Assembly: GCA_965240465.1 (NCBI GenBank)
Contig: OZ251219.1
Location: 1,280,001-1,344,000, forward strand
DNA length: 64,000 nucleotides
Direction: 5' to 3'
Source of the DNA: a bacterium
Lineage (GTDB): Bacteria > SAR324 > JACQKK01
Shown one piece after another: positions 40,909-50,633 of the stretch; positions within the stretch are counted from its first letter, which is position 1, and each line of letters starts with the position of its first letter. Under the pieces are notes generated by a model, which was given only the letters and a program-made list of their open reading frames with translations, was not told the DNA's origin and made no database searches. Both the position numbers and the translations under genes were made by a program.

Positions 40909-42318
40909 TTAAACATCAAAGTATAGATAGAACTCATGCGGAGAGGGGCGACTATCTATTTCATTGATTTCCCTCTTGATCTTGTCATCACAAAATACCT
41001 GAAGAAGATCTTCGGTGAAGGCTCCGCTTTGTAACAGGAATTGAGAATCCTCTTTTAAGGCTACAATAGATTCTCGCAGAGAAGTAGGCATTTTAGGTAC
41101 TTTGCTCAATTCCTCAGGAGAAATTTTATAGATGTCTTTCTCAATGGGTTCACCAGGATGGATATTATTCTGGATCCCATCTAGTCCTGCCAGCATCATG
41201 GCTGAGAACGCCAAATATGGATTGCTGGTGGCATCTGGTACCCTGAATTCTATCCGACATGTCTCGGGCGATTGAAAAACAGGCACGCGGATAGATACCG
41301 AACGATTACGGCTGGAATAAGCTAAGTTAATAGGGGCCTCAAAGCCGGGTATCAGGCGACGATAAGAATTAGTAGATGGATTAGTAAAGGCTGCCAAAGC
41401 ACGAGCATGCTTTAAGATACCTCCGATATAATACAAGGCTAATTTGCTTAATCCCGCATATTGATCGCCAGCAAAGATAGGTTTTTTGCCTTTCCATAAG
41501 CTCTGGTTGGTGTGCAGACCGCTACCATTATCGTTGTAGAGCGGCTTGGGCATGAAAGTAGCCACCTTGCCATGTTGACGGGCTATATTACGCACTATGT
41601 ACTTGTACCAACATAGATTATCAGCAGTTTTCAATAGGGTATCGTAAGTAAAGCTAATCTCATGCTGGGCAGGGGCTACTTCGTGATGGGAACATTCAAC
41701 GCTGATACCGATCTTCTCCATTGCCAAGCTCATCTCATTGCGAATGCCTTGGCAGGTGTCCCCAGGTTTTGCCCGAAGATAACCCTCCTTAGCACGTGTC
41801 TTATAACCCGTATTCCCTTCTGGCTTGGCACTAGACCAATACCCCTCCTCCGATTCCAGATTGTAAGAGCTACCCCCAGTGCCATCGGTGAAAGTAACCC
41901 TATCAAATATGAAAAATTCTGGCTCAGGAGCAAAATACGCGGTGTCAGCTATTCCAGTGGACTTTAAATACTCAGTCGCCTTAAGAGCTACATTGCGAGG
42001 ATCGCGAGAATAGCTCTCGTTAGACCCAGGATCCCTGATGTTACAAATCAACGAAAGAGTGGTACAATCAAAAAACGGGTCCAGCTTAGCGGTGGATGTA
42101 TCGGGGAGCATCAGCATATCGCTGGCTTCAATCCCTTGCCAACCCCGAATGCTGGAAGCATCAAAGGGAATCCCTACCTCAAATTGCTCTGCCTTCAGTT
42201 TATCGGGAGTAATCTGTAAGTGATTCCAAGCACCAACCAAATCACAGAACCTCAGGTCAATAATCTTCACCTGATGATCCTTCACCATCTTTAAGATATC
42301 CGTGGGAGCTCTCACCAT
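40909..42318 (-). CDS. glnA: Glutamine synthetase type I
   Basis: FDASSIRGW, HHEVA, ATFMPKP..DNGSG.H, NSYRRL.PGFEAP, IEFR.PD. Confidence 0.97.
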   Translation of the reverse strand: MVRAPTDILKMVKDHQVKIIDLRFCDLVGAWNHLQITPDKLKAEQFEVGIPFDASSIRGWQGIEASDMLMLPDTSTAKLDPFFDCTTLSLICNIRDPGSNESYSRDPRNVALKATEYLKSTGIADTAYFAPEPEFFIFDRVTFTDGTGGSSYNLESEEGYWSSAKPEGNTGYKTRAKEGYLRAKPGDTCQGIRNEMSLAMEKIGISVECSHHEVAPAQHEISFTYDTLLKTADNLCWYKYIVRNIARQHGKVATFMPKPLYNDNGSGLHTNQSLWKGKKPIFAGDQYAGLSKLALYYIGGILKHARALAAFTNPSTNSYRRLIPGFEAPINLAYSSRNRSVSIRVPVFQSPETCRIEFRVPDATSNPYLAFSAMMLAGLDGIQNNIHPGEPIEKDIYKISPEELSKVPKMPTSLRESIVALKEDSQFLLQSGAFTEDLLQVFCDDKIKREINEIDSRPSPHEFYLYFDV

Positions 42319-42357
42319 TTTCCCTTTCTATGATCCATGGAAATTATATTAAGCTAA

Positions 42358-43860
42358 TTACAACAAGGCTCGGGGCATTATTTTTTCCATAGCAGGATAT
42401 TTTTTTGCAAACTGGCGGGCTACTCTTGCAAACTCTCGGGCTTGTTCGGGGGCTAATGCCAGCCAGCGATCCTTATCTTCCATGATTTCCTCCACCTCTG
42501 CTTTAGAAAGGGGAAAGCGATCATCCTCGCCTAGTCGCTCAACAAAAGAAGCCTGCTTACCCTCTTTGGCGGTAGCCAGGGCATGTTGTTTGATTAGCTC
42601 ATGCATTGTTTCTCTGCCCCCACCACGTTTGACGGCTTCCGTCAATAGAGTACTGCTAGACATCATGGGAAGCTCCCGCTGAAATTCTTGCCCGATGGCT
42701 TCTTCATTAAAACTCATCTCGTCTAGCACGGTGAGAACAGTCTCCAACAAACCATCAGCCGCCAAACACAAACCCGGCAAAGCCACCCGCCTCACCACCG
42801 AGCAAGATACATCACCTTCATTCCATTGGTCTCCCGCTAGGCGAGTACACATTGCCAGATAACCACTGAGTACGGCATGCAAACCACAAATACGCTCACA
42901 ACTACGGGCATTCATCTTGTGGGGCATGGCTGTTGAGCCCACTTGTTCCTTCTTAAAGCCTTCCAACCAGAGTCCCTCTCCTGCCATCAGGCGAAAAGTA
43001 GTAGCTAATGATGCTAAGGGGGCAGTAAGATTATAGACTAAGGAAGCAAATTCAAAGTCTAGCCCTCGGGGATAGACTTGCCCCACATTATTAAGAACAT
43101 AGCGAAATGATAGTTTTTTAGCTATGTATGCTTCTAGTTCTTTAACATCCTCTTTTCCCTTAGGTAATAGGGAGATCAGATCCAAGCTAGTACCAGAAGC
43201 CCCCTTGATGCCCCGCATGGGGTATGTGCTATGCCATCCTAGTAGTTTTTCACATGCTCGTAGTAGTGGTTCTCCAAAGGATGCCAAGCGTTTGCCTACT
43301 GAGGAGGGCTGGGAAGGCACATTGTGGGTACGGGCTATTAAGGGGGTTTGGGCATGGCGTTCGCTCAAATTTGATAATTGTTCCAGCACTGCTACGGTTT
43401 TATTTACTAGTATGCCAGCAGACCATCTTAGTAGCACCTGTTCTGTATTATCGGTGATGTCACGGCTGGTTAACCCTAAGTGAATTTTTTGATGACCTGC
43501 CAATTCACAAAATACTTCTATCCGAGCCTTTAGATCATGGCGTAAGCGGAATTCACGCTCTTTAATGGATTCTAATGAAATCTCGTCTAATACCTTCTTA
43601 CAGGCATCTATTTCTCCTTGGGTAATGTTCACTCCCAGTTCCTTCTGGGCTTCCATGATAATAATCCAAAGCTCACGCTCCAGTCGGACGCGGAATCTTG
43701 GAGTCCACAGCATTATCATGTTTGGACTAGCATAGCGACTAGCTAAGACATCAGGTACATCACCCCAGAATGCCATATCTTTGGGTCCTTTACCTTCGGG
43801 TCTTTCACCCTCGGATCTTTCATCTTCTGGTCTTTTACCTGAGGAAGATGGAGTATTCAC
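42358..43860 (-). CDS. purB: Adenylosuccinate lyase
   Basis: LASRYAS, HLGLTSRD, RTH, QVYPR, GSTAMPHKMN. Confidence 0.93.
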   Translation of the reverse strand: MNTPSSSGKRPEDERSEGERPEGKGPKDMAFWGDVPDVLASRYASPNMIMLWTPRFRVRLERELWIIIMEAQKELGVNITQGEIDACKKVLDEISLESIKEREFRLRHDLKARIEVFCELAGHQKIHLGLTSRDITDNTEQVLLRWSAGILVNKTVAVLEQLSNLSERHAQTPLIARTHNVPSQPSSVGKRLASFGEPLLRACEKLLGWHSTYPMRGIKGASGTSLDLISLLPKGKEDVKELEAYIAKKLSFRYVLNNVGQVYPRGLDFEFASLVYNLTAPLASLATTFRLMAGEGLWLEGFKKEQVGSTAMPHKMNARSCERICGLHAVLSGYLAMCTRLAGDQWNEGDVSCSVVRRVALPGLCLAADGLLETVLTVLDEMSFNEEAIGQEFQRELPMMSSSTLLTEAVKRGGGRETMHELIKQHALATAKEGKQASFVERLGEDDRFPLSKAEVEEIMEDKDRWLALAPEQAREFARVARQFAKKYPAMEKIMPRALL

Positions 43861-43891
43861 AGGTAGGGTAGAGCGGGGGGGGGGCGGGGGG

Positions 43892-45070
43892 TTATGATTT
43901 ATGAAAATTGGAGAAGAAGTTTTCCAATCGTTCCAGGGATTTTTTGATGTTTTCTAGAGAATTAGCGTAGCTGATTCGTAGATAGCCCTCTCCGCCAGGG
44001 CCGAAGTCTACCCCTGGTGAGAGTACCACCCCAGTTTTGTTCATGATTTGTCGTGCGAGGGCGAGGGAGTCTAGACCATATTTTTTGACATTAACCAGCA
44101 CATAGAATGCACCTTGGGGGGTATAGTTTAGTTTCAGTCCGATTTTTGGCAGTTCTTTTAGGAGGTATCGGCGGCGATTATCATATTCTTGGCGATATTT
44201 TTCACAGATGGGGATTGTTTCTCTTATGGCAGCGATGCCAGCGTGCTGTACGAAGTCGGAGGCACATACTACCACATTTTGGTGTATTCGCATGAGCATA
44301 TCGGCGGTATGGGGCGGGCAGATGAGGTATCCGAGTCGCCAGCCTGTCATGCTGAAGTATTTGGAGAAGCCACTGAGGACGAAGCAATTATCTTGGGAGT
44401 ATTCAAGGACGCTGGTGACAGGTTCTTCATAGGATAATCCGTGGTAGATTTCATCTGCGATAAGGGCGATGTTGGCATCTTTGGCGAGCGAGGTTATTTG
44501 CCGTATATTTTCTTTGGGTATGACGACCCCAGTGGGGTTACCTGGGGAGCAGATGATAATTGCCTTAGTACGCGGAGTGATTGCTTGTCGCAATCTTTCG
44601 GTTGAGAGTACAAATCCTTCTTCTTCTAGGACGGGTACGAGTACTGGTTTGCCTCCTGCGATGCGTACATAGTTGGCGTAGCAGGTATAGGAGGGATTAG
44701 ATATGATTACTTCATCATCGGGTTCTAGTAATGAGTTAACTACCGAGTGAAGTAGAATGGAGCTTCCTGAGGATACGATCACGCAATCGGGAGAGATTTT
44801 CACTTTATGCATGTTGTAGTAGTGATTGCAGATGGCTTCGCGCAGTTCCAGTATTCCCATGCTGTGGGTGTAGCGGGTGAGTCCTTTTTGAATGGCGTTG
44901 ATACCGGCCTTGACGGTAGGAGCTGGGGTCGGGAAATCTGGTTCTCCGATTTCCAGATGAAAGATTTCTCTGCCGTCTCTTACTAGTTGCAGGGCTTCTT
45001 GGAATATATCTATGGCGAGAAAGGGTGTAACTCCCTGTATGCGACTAGAAAGCTGGATTGATTTGGGCAT
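43892..45070 (-). CDS. Class I/II PLP-dependent aminotransferase (aspartate aminotransferase-like)
   Basis: IGEPDF, SPGNPTG, DEIY, GFSKYFSMTGWRLG, YLRISYA. Confidence 0.92.
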   Translation of the reverse strand: MPKSIQLSSRIQGVTPFLAIDIFQEALQLVRDGREIFHLEIGEPDFPTPAPTVKAGINAIQKGLTRYTHSMGILELREAICNHYYNMHKVKISPDCVIVSSGSSILLHSVVNSLLEPDDEVIISNPSYTCYANYVRIAGGKPVLVPVLEEEGFVLSTERLRQAITPRTKAIIICSPGNPTGVVIPKENIRQITSLAKDANIALIADEIYHGLSYEEPVTSVLEYSQDNCFVLSGFSKYFSMTGWRLGYLICPPHTADMLMRIHQNVVVCASDFVQHAGIAAIRETIPICEKYRQEYDNRRRYLLKELPKIGLKLNYTPQGAFYVLVNVKKYGLDSLALARQIMNKTGVVLSPGVDFGPGGEGYLRISYANSLENIKKSLERLENFFSNFHKS

Positions 45071-45172
45071 GATTACTGGTTATGAGGTATCAACAGGCAA
45101 GAAAGTTCACAGAAAGCACTTTTAACATTCAAAGTACTAGATAGCCATCGTATTTATTATTTACTGAGCATG

Positions 45173-45877
45173 TCAATAGCAGTTTTTGTTTGCAGTTGTC
45201 ATTGTTGTGGCACATGCCGAGCGATATGCCAAGCATTTCGCCCATTTTTGTTGGACGGTTGCTTTTAGGGTGAGGATGTTTAGGCTATTATCCAGAACAT
45301 AGGATTTTTCAGGTAGTTTAGGGGGAGTTTGACAGAGCATGCGTTTTCGGGTGTCTTGGGGATTGCGGCCTTGTTGTATGGCGCGTTGGAGGGCGATTTT
45401 TGGGGGAGCAGAAACTACCCAGACGAGATCGCACAGATTTTCCCAGCCAGCTTCTAGCAAGAGGGCGGCTTCAATGACGACTGGAGTGACAGCTGGGGTG
45501 ACAGCTGGGGTGACAGCTGGGGTGACAGCTGGTTTGAGTTTGGTGGTTTGTAGCTGGATGAGGTGCTTTTTTAGGGTTTGTTTTATGCGGGGATGAGAAA
45601 TAGCGTTCAGCTTGTCAGTTTGTTGAGGACTAGAAAAAGCTAATTTTGCCAATTTGGTCCGATTGATTCCTCCTTTTCCGTCGCTTATTTTACTGCCGAA
45701 TGTTTTTATAATTTCTGCGATGACTGCATCGGATTTGAGTACTTGATGTCCGAGCAGGTCGGTTTCAATGAGGTAGACGCCTTTAGTTTGGAGTATTTTA
45801 GCGACGGTGCTTTTACCGCTGCTTATGCTACCGGTCAGTCCTAGTATCAGCAAGGGAGGATATTTCAGTTTATCCAT
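45173..45877 (-). CDS. coaE: Dephospho-CoA kinase
   Basis: GLTGSISSGKST, INR.KLA, LNAI.HP, EAALLLE. Confidence 0.92.
   Translation of the reverse strand: MDKLKYPPLLILGLTGSISSGKSTVAKILQTKGVYLIETDLLGHQVLKSDAVIAEIIKTFGSKISDGKGGINRTKLAKLAFSSPQQTDKLNAISHPRIKQTLKKHLIQLQTTKLKPAVTPAVTPAVTPAVTPVVIEAALLLEAGWENLCDLVWVVSAPPKIALQRAIQQGRNPQDTRKRMLCQTPPKLPEKSYVLDNSLNILTLKATVQQKWAKCLAYRSACATTMTTANKNCY
45481..45532. repeat. 12-bp in-frame repeat (PAVT) in coaE
   Basis: ctggggtgacag x4. Confidence 0.9.
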
Positions 45878-46047
45878 TTTGGGAGGCGTGGAAGGAGGTG
45901 AAGAAATAGGGGAAAGTCACTAGATTTTGCATTTTTAATGAGATGTCGCTGGTTTCATTTTTGCTCTTATGAGCCAATTATGCCAGCATACTGGTGGAAG
46001 GTTTCTTAGAGTTAGTGAGTTTATTCACATAAAGCGGGCGTGATTAT

Positions 46048-47385
46048 ATGTTGGATAGCTGGGATTTACTGGTATTGGGGGCGGGTTCGGGTGGTGTTAG
46101 GGCGGCTCGCAGGGCGGCGGCACTAGGAGTAAAAACAGCCATTTGTGAAGGTAGTCATTTGGGGGGGACTTGTGTGAATTTGGGTTGTGTTCCCAAGAAG
46201 TTGTTTGTGTATGGAAGCCAGTTCTCCAGGGATTTAGTGGATGCCAAGGGTTATGGTTGGCAAGTTTCGGATATACGCTTCAGTTGGACTGACTTGGTTA
46301 GCAACAAGAACAAGGAGATTGAACGCTTAAACGGCATTTATCATGAGTTACTCAATTCTGCGGGGGTTTGCCTCTTAAGGGGAAAGGGAAAGCTGATAAG
46401 TCCCACTGAGGTAGAGATAGCGGGTACCGTTCATGTTGCTAAGCATATCTTATTAGCGACTGGTAGCAGTCCTTTTTTGCCCGATATTCCAGGGATAGAA
46501 CACGCGGTTTCTTCAGATGACATGTTCCATCTGCCAAGTCTTCCCAGCGAGGCAATAGTGGTGGGAGGAGGGTATATCGGGGTGGAGTTCGCCTGCATTT
46601 TACACGGATTGGGAGTCAAGGTCACCGTTGTTCATCGCCGCGAACGCTTGCTGCCACTATTTGATGAAGAAATCAGCAATGCCCTCTGCGAAGAAATGCA
46701 AAACCAAGGCATTAAATTGATACTAGGGCAAAACCTACAGCAAATTGAAAAATTAGATTCAGGCCAGCTACAAGCTAGTTTGAGCTCTAAACAGCAACTT
46801 TCCACGGGATTGTTGCTATTTGCGGTCGGCAGAAAGCCAAATGTAGCTGGCTTGGGACTTGACAAAGTTGGCGTACAACTGAGCTCAGAAGGAGGCGTTA
46901 TAGTGAATGAAGAATTTTGTAGTTCTGTGTGCTCTATCTCGGCTCTGGGCGATCTGATTGAACGCGTGCCACTTACTCCAGTAGCCATTGCCGAAGCGGA
47001 AGCTTTTGTCAGTACTCGTTATGGAGGTAAGCCAGTAAAAATGGATTATAGTAACATTCCCTCTGCGGTGTTTAGTCAGCCTGCTATCGCTAGTGTAGGA
47101 CTGACCGAAAGCCAAGCTCGCTCCAGATTAGGTAAGGTGAAGGTATTCACCACCCGCTTTAATGCCATGAAGCAAACCCTAACCTCCAGAAAAGAACCCG
47201 TACTATTCAAACTGATAGTCAACCCCGCCGATGATAAAGTGGTCGGTTGCCACCTCCTCTCCCCAGACGCAGCAGAACTAATCCAAATACTGGGCGTAGC
47301 ACTTAAAAGCGGAGCCACCAAAAAGGACTTCGATGCCACCATCGCAGTCCATCCTACCGCAGCAGAAGAATTGGTCTCGCTATAA
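46048..47385 (+). CDS. gor: Glutathione-disulfide reductase
   Basis: GAGSGG, GGTCVNLGCVPKK, GGGYIGVEFA, LTPVAI, HPTAAEE. Confidence 0.94.
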   Translation: MLDSWDLLVLGAGSGGVRAARRAAALGVKTAICEGSHLGGTCVNLGCVPKKLFVYGSQFSRDLVDAKGYGWQVSDIRFSWTDLVSNKNKEIERLNGIYHELLNSAGVCLLRGKGKLISPTEVEIAGTVHVAKHILLATGSSPFLPDIPGIEHAVSSDDMFHLPSLPSEAIVVGGGYIGVEFACILHGLGVKVTVVHRRERLLPLFDEEISNALCEEMQNQGIKLILGQNLQQIEKLDSGQLQASLSSKQQLSTGLLLFAVGRKPNVAGLGLDKVGVQLSSEGGVIVNEEFCSSVCSISALGDLIERVPLTPVAIAEAEAFVSTRYGGKPVKMDYSNIPSAVFSQPAIASVGLTESQARSRLGKVKVFTTRFNAMKQTLTSRKEPVLFKLIVNPADDKVVGCHLLSPDAAELIQILGVALKSGATKKDFDATIAVHPTAAEELVSL

Positions 47386-47411
47386 ACAACCAAGGCCTTA
47401 TTCGTCAAGAT

Positions 47412-47800
47412 CTTATTTGCCAGCTTTTATTTGTCAGCCTTATTTGCCAGCTTTTGTTTGTCAGCCTTAGATGCCAGCTTTTATTTGTCAGCCTTATTTG
47501 CCAGCTTTTATTTGTCAGCCTTATTTGCCAGCTTTTGTTTGTCAGCCTTATTTGCCAGCTTTTATTTGTCAGCTTTTGTTTGTCAGCCTTAGATGCCAGC
47601 TTTTATTTGTCAGCCTTATTTGCCAGCTTTTATTTGTCAGCCTTATTTGCCAGCTTTTGTTTGTCAGCCTTAGATGCCAGCTTTTGTTTGTCAGCCTTAG
47701 ATGCCAGCTTTTGTTTGTCAGCCTTATTTGTCAGAACTTGTTTGTCAGCCTTATTTGTCAGAACTTGTTTGTCAGCCTTATTTGCCAGCTTTTGTTTGTC
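47412..47800. repeat. Degenerate 27-bp (14+13) tandem repeat array
   Basis: cagctttt(a/g)tttgtcagcctta(ttt/gat)gc units, about 14 copies. Confidence 0.92.
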
Positions 47801-48067
47801 TCGCAAATGATCGCTGCTGGATTTTATTCTTCTTCTGAGCTTCTTACGGCTAATTTTGTAAAACCTTTCCAGACTGTCAGCAAATTTATCTTCAATTGTT
47901 TGAATGTCTCTCTCAGTCAACATACTGCTGGGATCAGTACATACGTGCTGAAAAGACATGGTAATCGTTGAGATGCCATTCTCGGTGAATATGCAGTCAA
48001 AACCGTATGGGTGATTGCCTATCCTCAAAATATTAGTAGCAATCTGTGTGTGTTTTAATATGCTCAT
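47630..48067 (-). CDS. Hypothetical protein whose C-terminus runs into the 27-bp repeat
   Basis: About 90 aa of unique sequence then KLANKADKQ repeats. Confidence 0.45.
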   Translation of the reverse strand: MSILKHTQIATNILRIGNHPYGFDCIFTENGISTITMSFQHVCTDPSSMLTERDIQTIEDKFADSLERFYKISRKKLRRRIKSSSDHLRDKQKLANKADKQVLTNKADKQVLTNKADKQKLASKADKQKLASKADKQKLANKADK

Positions 48068-48287
48068 ATCATTAACAGGAGTAAATGGGTTGTTCTAAAC
48101 ATCAGCAATCTGACACATGAGAACGTGTCATGTCAATGTGCCATAAAATACGGTTCTGAATCAAGTATTTTTAAGAATGTTTTAGAAAAGTTTTGGAAAA
48201 GTTTTGGGAAAGTTCTAGAAAAGTCTTAGAAAGTCACTTTCTTAGATCCCCCCCTCCCTAATTCTCAGCATTTAACCAATAAATAAC

Positions 48288-48316
48288 TTGACAAACGCAG
48301 CTCTTAATGATACGAT
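48288..48316 (+). promoter_or_regulatory. Near-consensus sigma70 promoter with extended -10
   Basis: TTGACA-N17-TACGAT, TG-n before the -10. Confidence 0.65.
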
Positions 48317-48383
48317 GAGGAACTTTCATAGAAGCATTGGAAGATGCCAAATAAAGCACGCCAGAGCATGAGAACATGCCAAA

Positions 48384-48543
48384 GCATTAGAACATGCAAG
48401 CATTAGAACATGCAAGCATTAGAACATGCAAGCATTAGAACATGCAAGCATTAGAACATGCAAGCATTAGAACATGCAAGCATTAGAACATGCAAGCATT
48501 AGAACATGCAAGCATTAGAACATGCAAGCATTAGAACATGCAA
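48384..48543 (+). repeat. Perfect 16-bp tandem repeat x10
   Basis: gcattagaacatgcaa x10; degenerate copies upstream. Confidence 0.97.
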
Positions 48544-48701
48544 TGGCATGCGATAAAGGCATGTATCACGATGAAAGAGGGTAGGAAGAAAGTGCCATGA
48601 GGTTCGTCACATCCGTAAGGCACTTTTATTCATGCCCGCCCTAGCATGAAGCAAGTGACGCGAAAGAGAGGAGGTTGCCACTGCACCGTAATCTCTTTTT
48701 T
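48539..48701 (+). ncRNA. Candidate structured RNA ending in a terminator-like hairpin
   Basis: Stems aaagtgcc/ggcacttt, ttcatgc/gcatgaa, aaagaga/tctcttt + T-run; motif GAGGTT-N8/9-CCGTAA twice. Confidence 0.45.
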
Positions 48702-48799
48702 ATAGTGTATTCAATTATTTGAGTACCCAACTATTACCATGTGCTCACTTTGCACAGCAAGCAGTAGCATTCCCAGCCCTCTTTCATTCCCTACTTCCA

Positions 48800-49672
48800 A
48801 TGCTGAAAGTCAAAAAAACTCCCCAAAAACTCCAAAAACATAAGGAAACTAACACCAGCCAAAACCAGAAAAAATACGGTACATCCAAAAAACACAGTCC
48901 ATCCAAAAAACTTAAGCACCAAAGAATCCCCCTGTGGCGTGTAGAACAACTTGCACACTTGGGTATGGAATGGCAAACCATCATCGCTACCATTGACCTA
49001 AGGCGTAAAATCACTGACTTTGAGGTGAAACTCATTCAGCAACGCATCGCTAAGGCACATGCCAGAACTTATCTGAAAATGCTGAAAATCCGCCTCCAAC
49101 AAGCCTCTAAGGGTAGGCTCTCCCCCTTAAATGAACTGATAAAACAACTTAGTAAATCATCACCTGCTAACGGTGGCATCGCTCTTAAGGTGATTAGAAA
49201 TATTATTCAAAATCCGCAACCTCCCCAACTCCATCCCCCGCAGATCCATCCATCCACCTCAGCTCCCGCTCCCGCTCCCGCCCCCGCTCCCCCAACTCCA
49301 TCCCCCGCTCCCGCTCCCGCCCCCCCAACTCCATCCCCCGCTCCCGCTCCCGCCCCCGCTCCCCCAACTCCATCCCCCGCTCCCGCATCTCCATCCACTC
49401 CATCCCCCGCCCCCGCAGCTCCATCCCCCGCCCCCCCAACTCCATCCCCCGCTCCCGCCACCCCTGATGCCACCAATATATCCTCTAATCAACAGCTGGT
49501 ACCATTGGCAGAACGTCATTTCTTCAAACATCTCCCCCCGCAAGAAGCTTATCAAATATGGCTCGCTAGCCATAACGCTAGCAAACAAATAATAAAGATA
49601 AACCCATTAGCTGAACCCCCCTCCCGAGTCATCAGTACTTATTCAATCATGGCTAAAGCTCCTATCTTTTAA
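48800..49672 (+). CDS. Hypothetical basic protein, terminase-small-subunit-like core with Pro/Ala-rich insert
   Basis: VEQLAHLG...IAKAHA...L.Q.A.KG...L..L pattern; C-terminal LPPQEAY; PAP repeats. Confidence 0.5.
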   Translation: MLKVKKTPQKLQKHKETNTSQNQKKYGTSKKHSPSKKLKHQRIPLWRVEQLAHLGMEWQTIIATIDLRRKITDFEVKLIQQRIAKAHARTYLKMLKIRLQQASKGRLSPLNELIKQLSKSSPANGGIALKVIRNIIQNPQPPQLHPPQIHPSTSAPAPAPAPAPPTPSPAPAPAPPTPSPAPAPAPAPPTPSPAPASPSTPSPAPAAPSPAPPTPSPAPATPDATNISSNQQLVPLAERHFFKHLPPQEAYQIWLASHNASKQIIKINPLAEPPSRVISTYSIMAKAPIF

Positions 49673-49746
49673 GGTCTTTTTCATGCCATGCTGACGGGCA
49701 AAACTCGCTCAGACAGAACTCGCTCAGACAACAGGAATAGGAAGCC

Positions 49747-50574
49747 GTGGTTTATAATCCATTACAAGTAGAATTGCCTCAGTTTGAAGGTCCGCTGGAC
49801 TTGTTGCTCCATTTGGTACGCAAGCGGGAATTAGACATAGATACTTTGTACCTCAGCGAGCTAACCGAGCCATATCTGGAGTGGATAAAGGGGATGAAGG
49901 TTAGCGAGTTGGATTTGAATGGGGAGTTTTTGGTAATTGCGGCTACCTTGATTTGGATTAAGTCGCGTTCATTGTTGCCTAGGGTTATGACCAGCGATGA
50001 TGAGGGTGATGAAGTGGATGTCGCTGAGATGGAAGCTTTATTGATGAATCGTTTGCAGGTGTACAAGAAGATTCAGAATGTAGCTCAGCAGTTAAAGTTT
50101 CACCAGCGTTTAGATCGCGAGGTATTTGCTCGTATTCCAGCTATGGATGATAAAGAAGAGGAGCAAGGGCAGGAGCAGGGGCAGGAGCAGGGGCAGGAGA
50201 TAGAGGTATCGCTGTATAGTTTATTGGAGGCTTTCAGTAGGGTTCAGGAGAGATTAAGGAATGATGAGCCATGGCAGATTGAGCCAGACGACTTTAACCT
50301 TGAGGATGTTTTGGATGGTATTTGGAAGACCTTGAAGCAGGAGAAGAGGGTATTATTCGGACGATTATTTCGGACTAGTACCAGTCGTTTTGAGATAGTG
50401 ACCATTTTTATTTTATTATTGGAGTTGGCGAGGCTGGGAGCCTTGCATTTTGTGCAGGAAGATCCTGGTAAGGAGTTGCTGTGCCAGTTGCTAGTGCCTG
50501 AGAATCAGCCCCATGAAGGATTTTTCAACCAGCTACTAACCTCCCCGAGCTTAAGTAGTGCTATAAGTAGTTAA
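49747..50574 (+). CDS. scpA: Segregation/condensation protein A (kleisin)
   Basis: FEGPLDLLLHL, EFLVIAATL..IKSR.LLP, IVT.F..LLEL. Confidence 0.93.
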   Translation: MVYNPLQVELPQFEGPLDLLLHLVRKRELDIDTLYLSELTEPYLEWIKGMKVSELDLNGEFLVIAATLIWIKSRSLLPRVMTSDDEGDEVDVAEMEALLMNRLQVYKKIQNVAQQLKFHQRLDREVFARIPAMDDKEEEQGQEQGQEQGQEIEVSLYSLLEAFSRVQERLRNDEPWQIEPDDFNLEDVLDGIWKTLKQEKRVLFGRLFRTSTSRFEIVTIFILLLELARLGALHFVQEDPGKELLCQLLVPENQPHEGFFNQLLTSPSLSSAISS

Positions 50575-50633
50575 GTGGGATACTATGATGGGCGACATTT
50601 ACATGCAGAGGTATCTCGCTTTGTGCTTGCACC

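Noticed and set aside
47454-47971. Plus-strand repetitive ORFs (also 9557-9919, 49203-49588, 51825-52129)
   Set aside because: Translations of tandem or low-complexity repeats with no independent support
48580-48600. RNase P RNA (gaaagtgcca resemblance; also ggtaagag at ~57381)
   Set aside because: Lacks GAGGAAAGTCC and the other conserved regions
48288-49672. Canonical type III toxin-antitoxin locus
   Set aside because: The 16-nt unit is much shorter than known antitoxin repeats and the ORF does not resemble ToxN/CptN/TenpN; kept only as an architectural analogy
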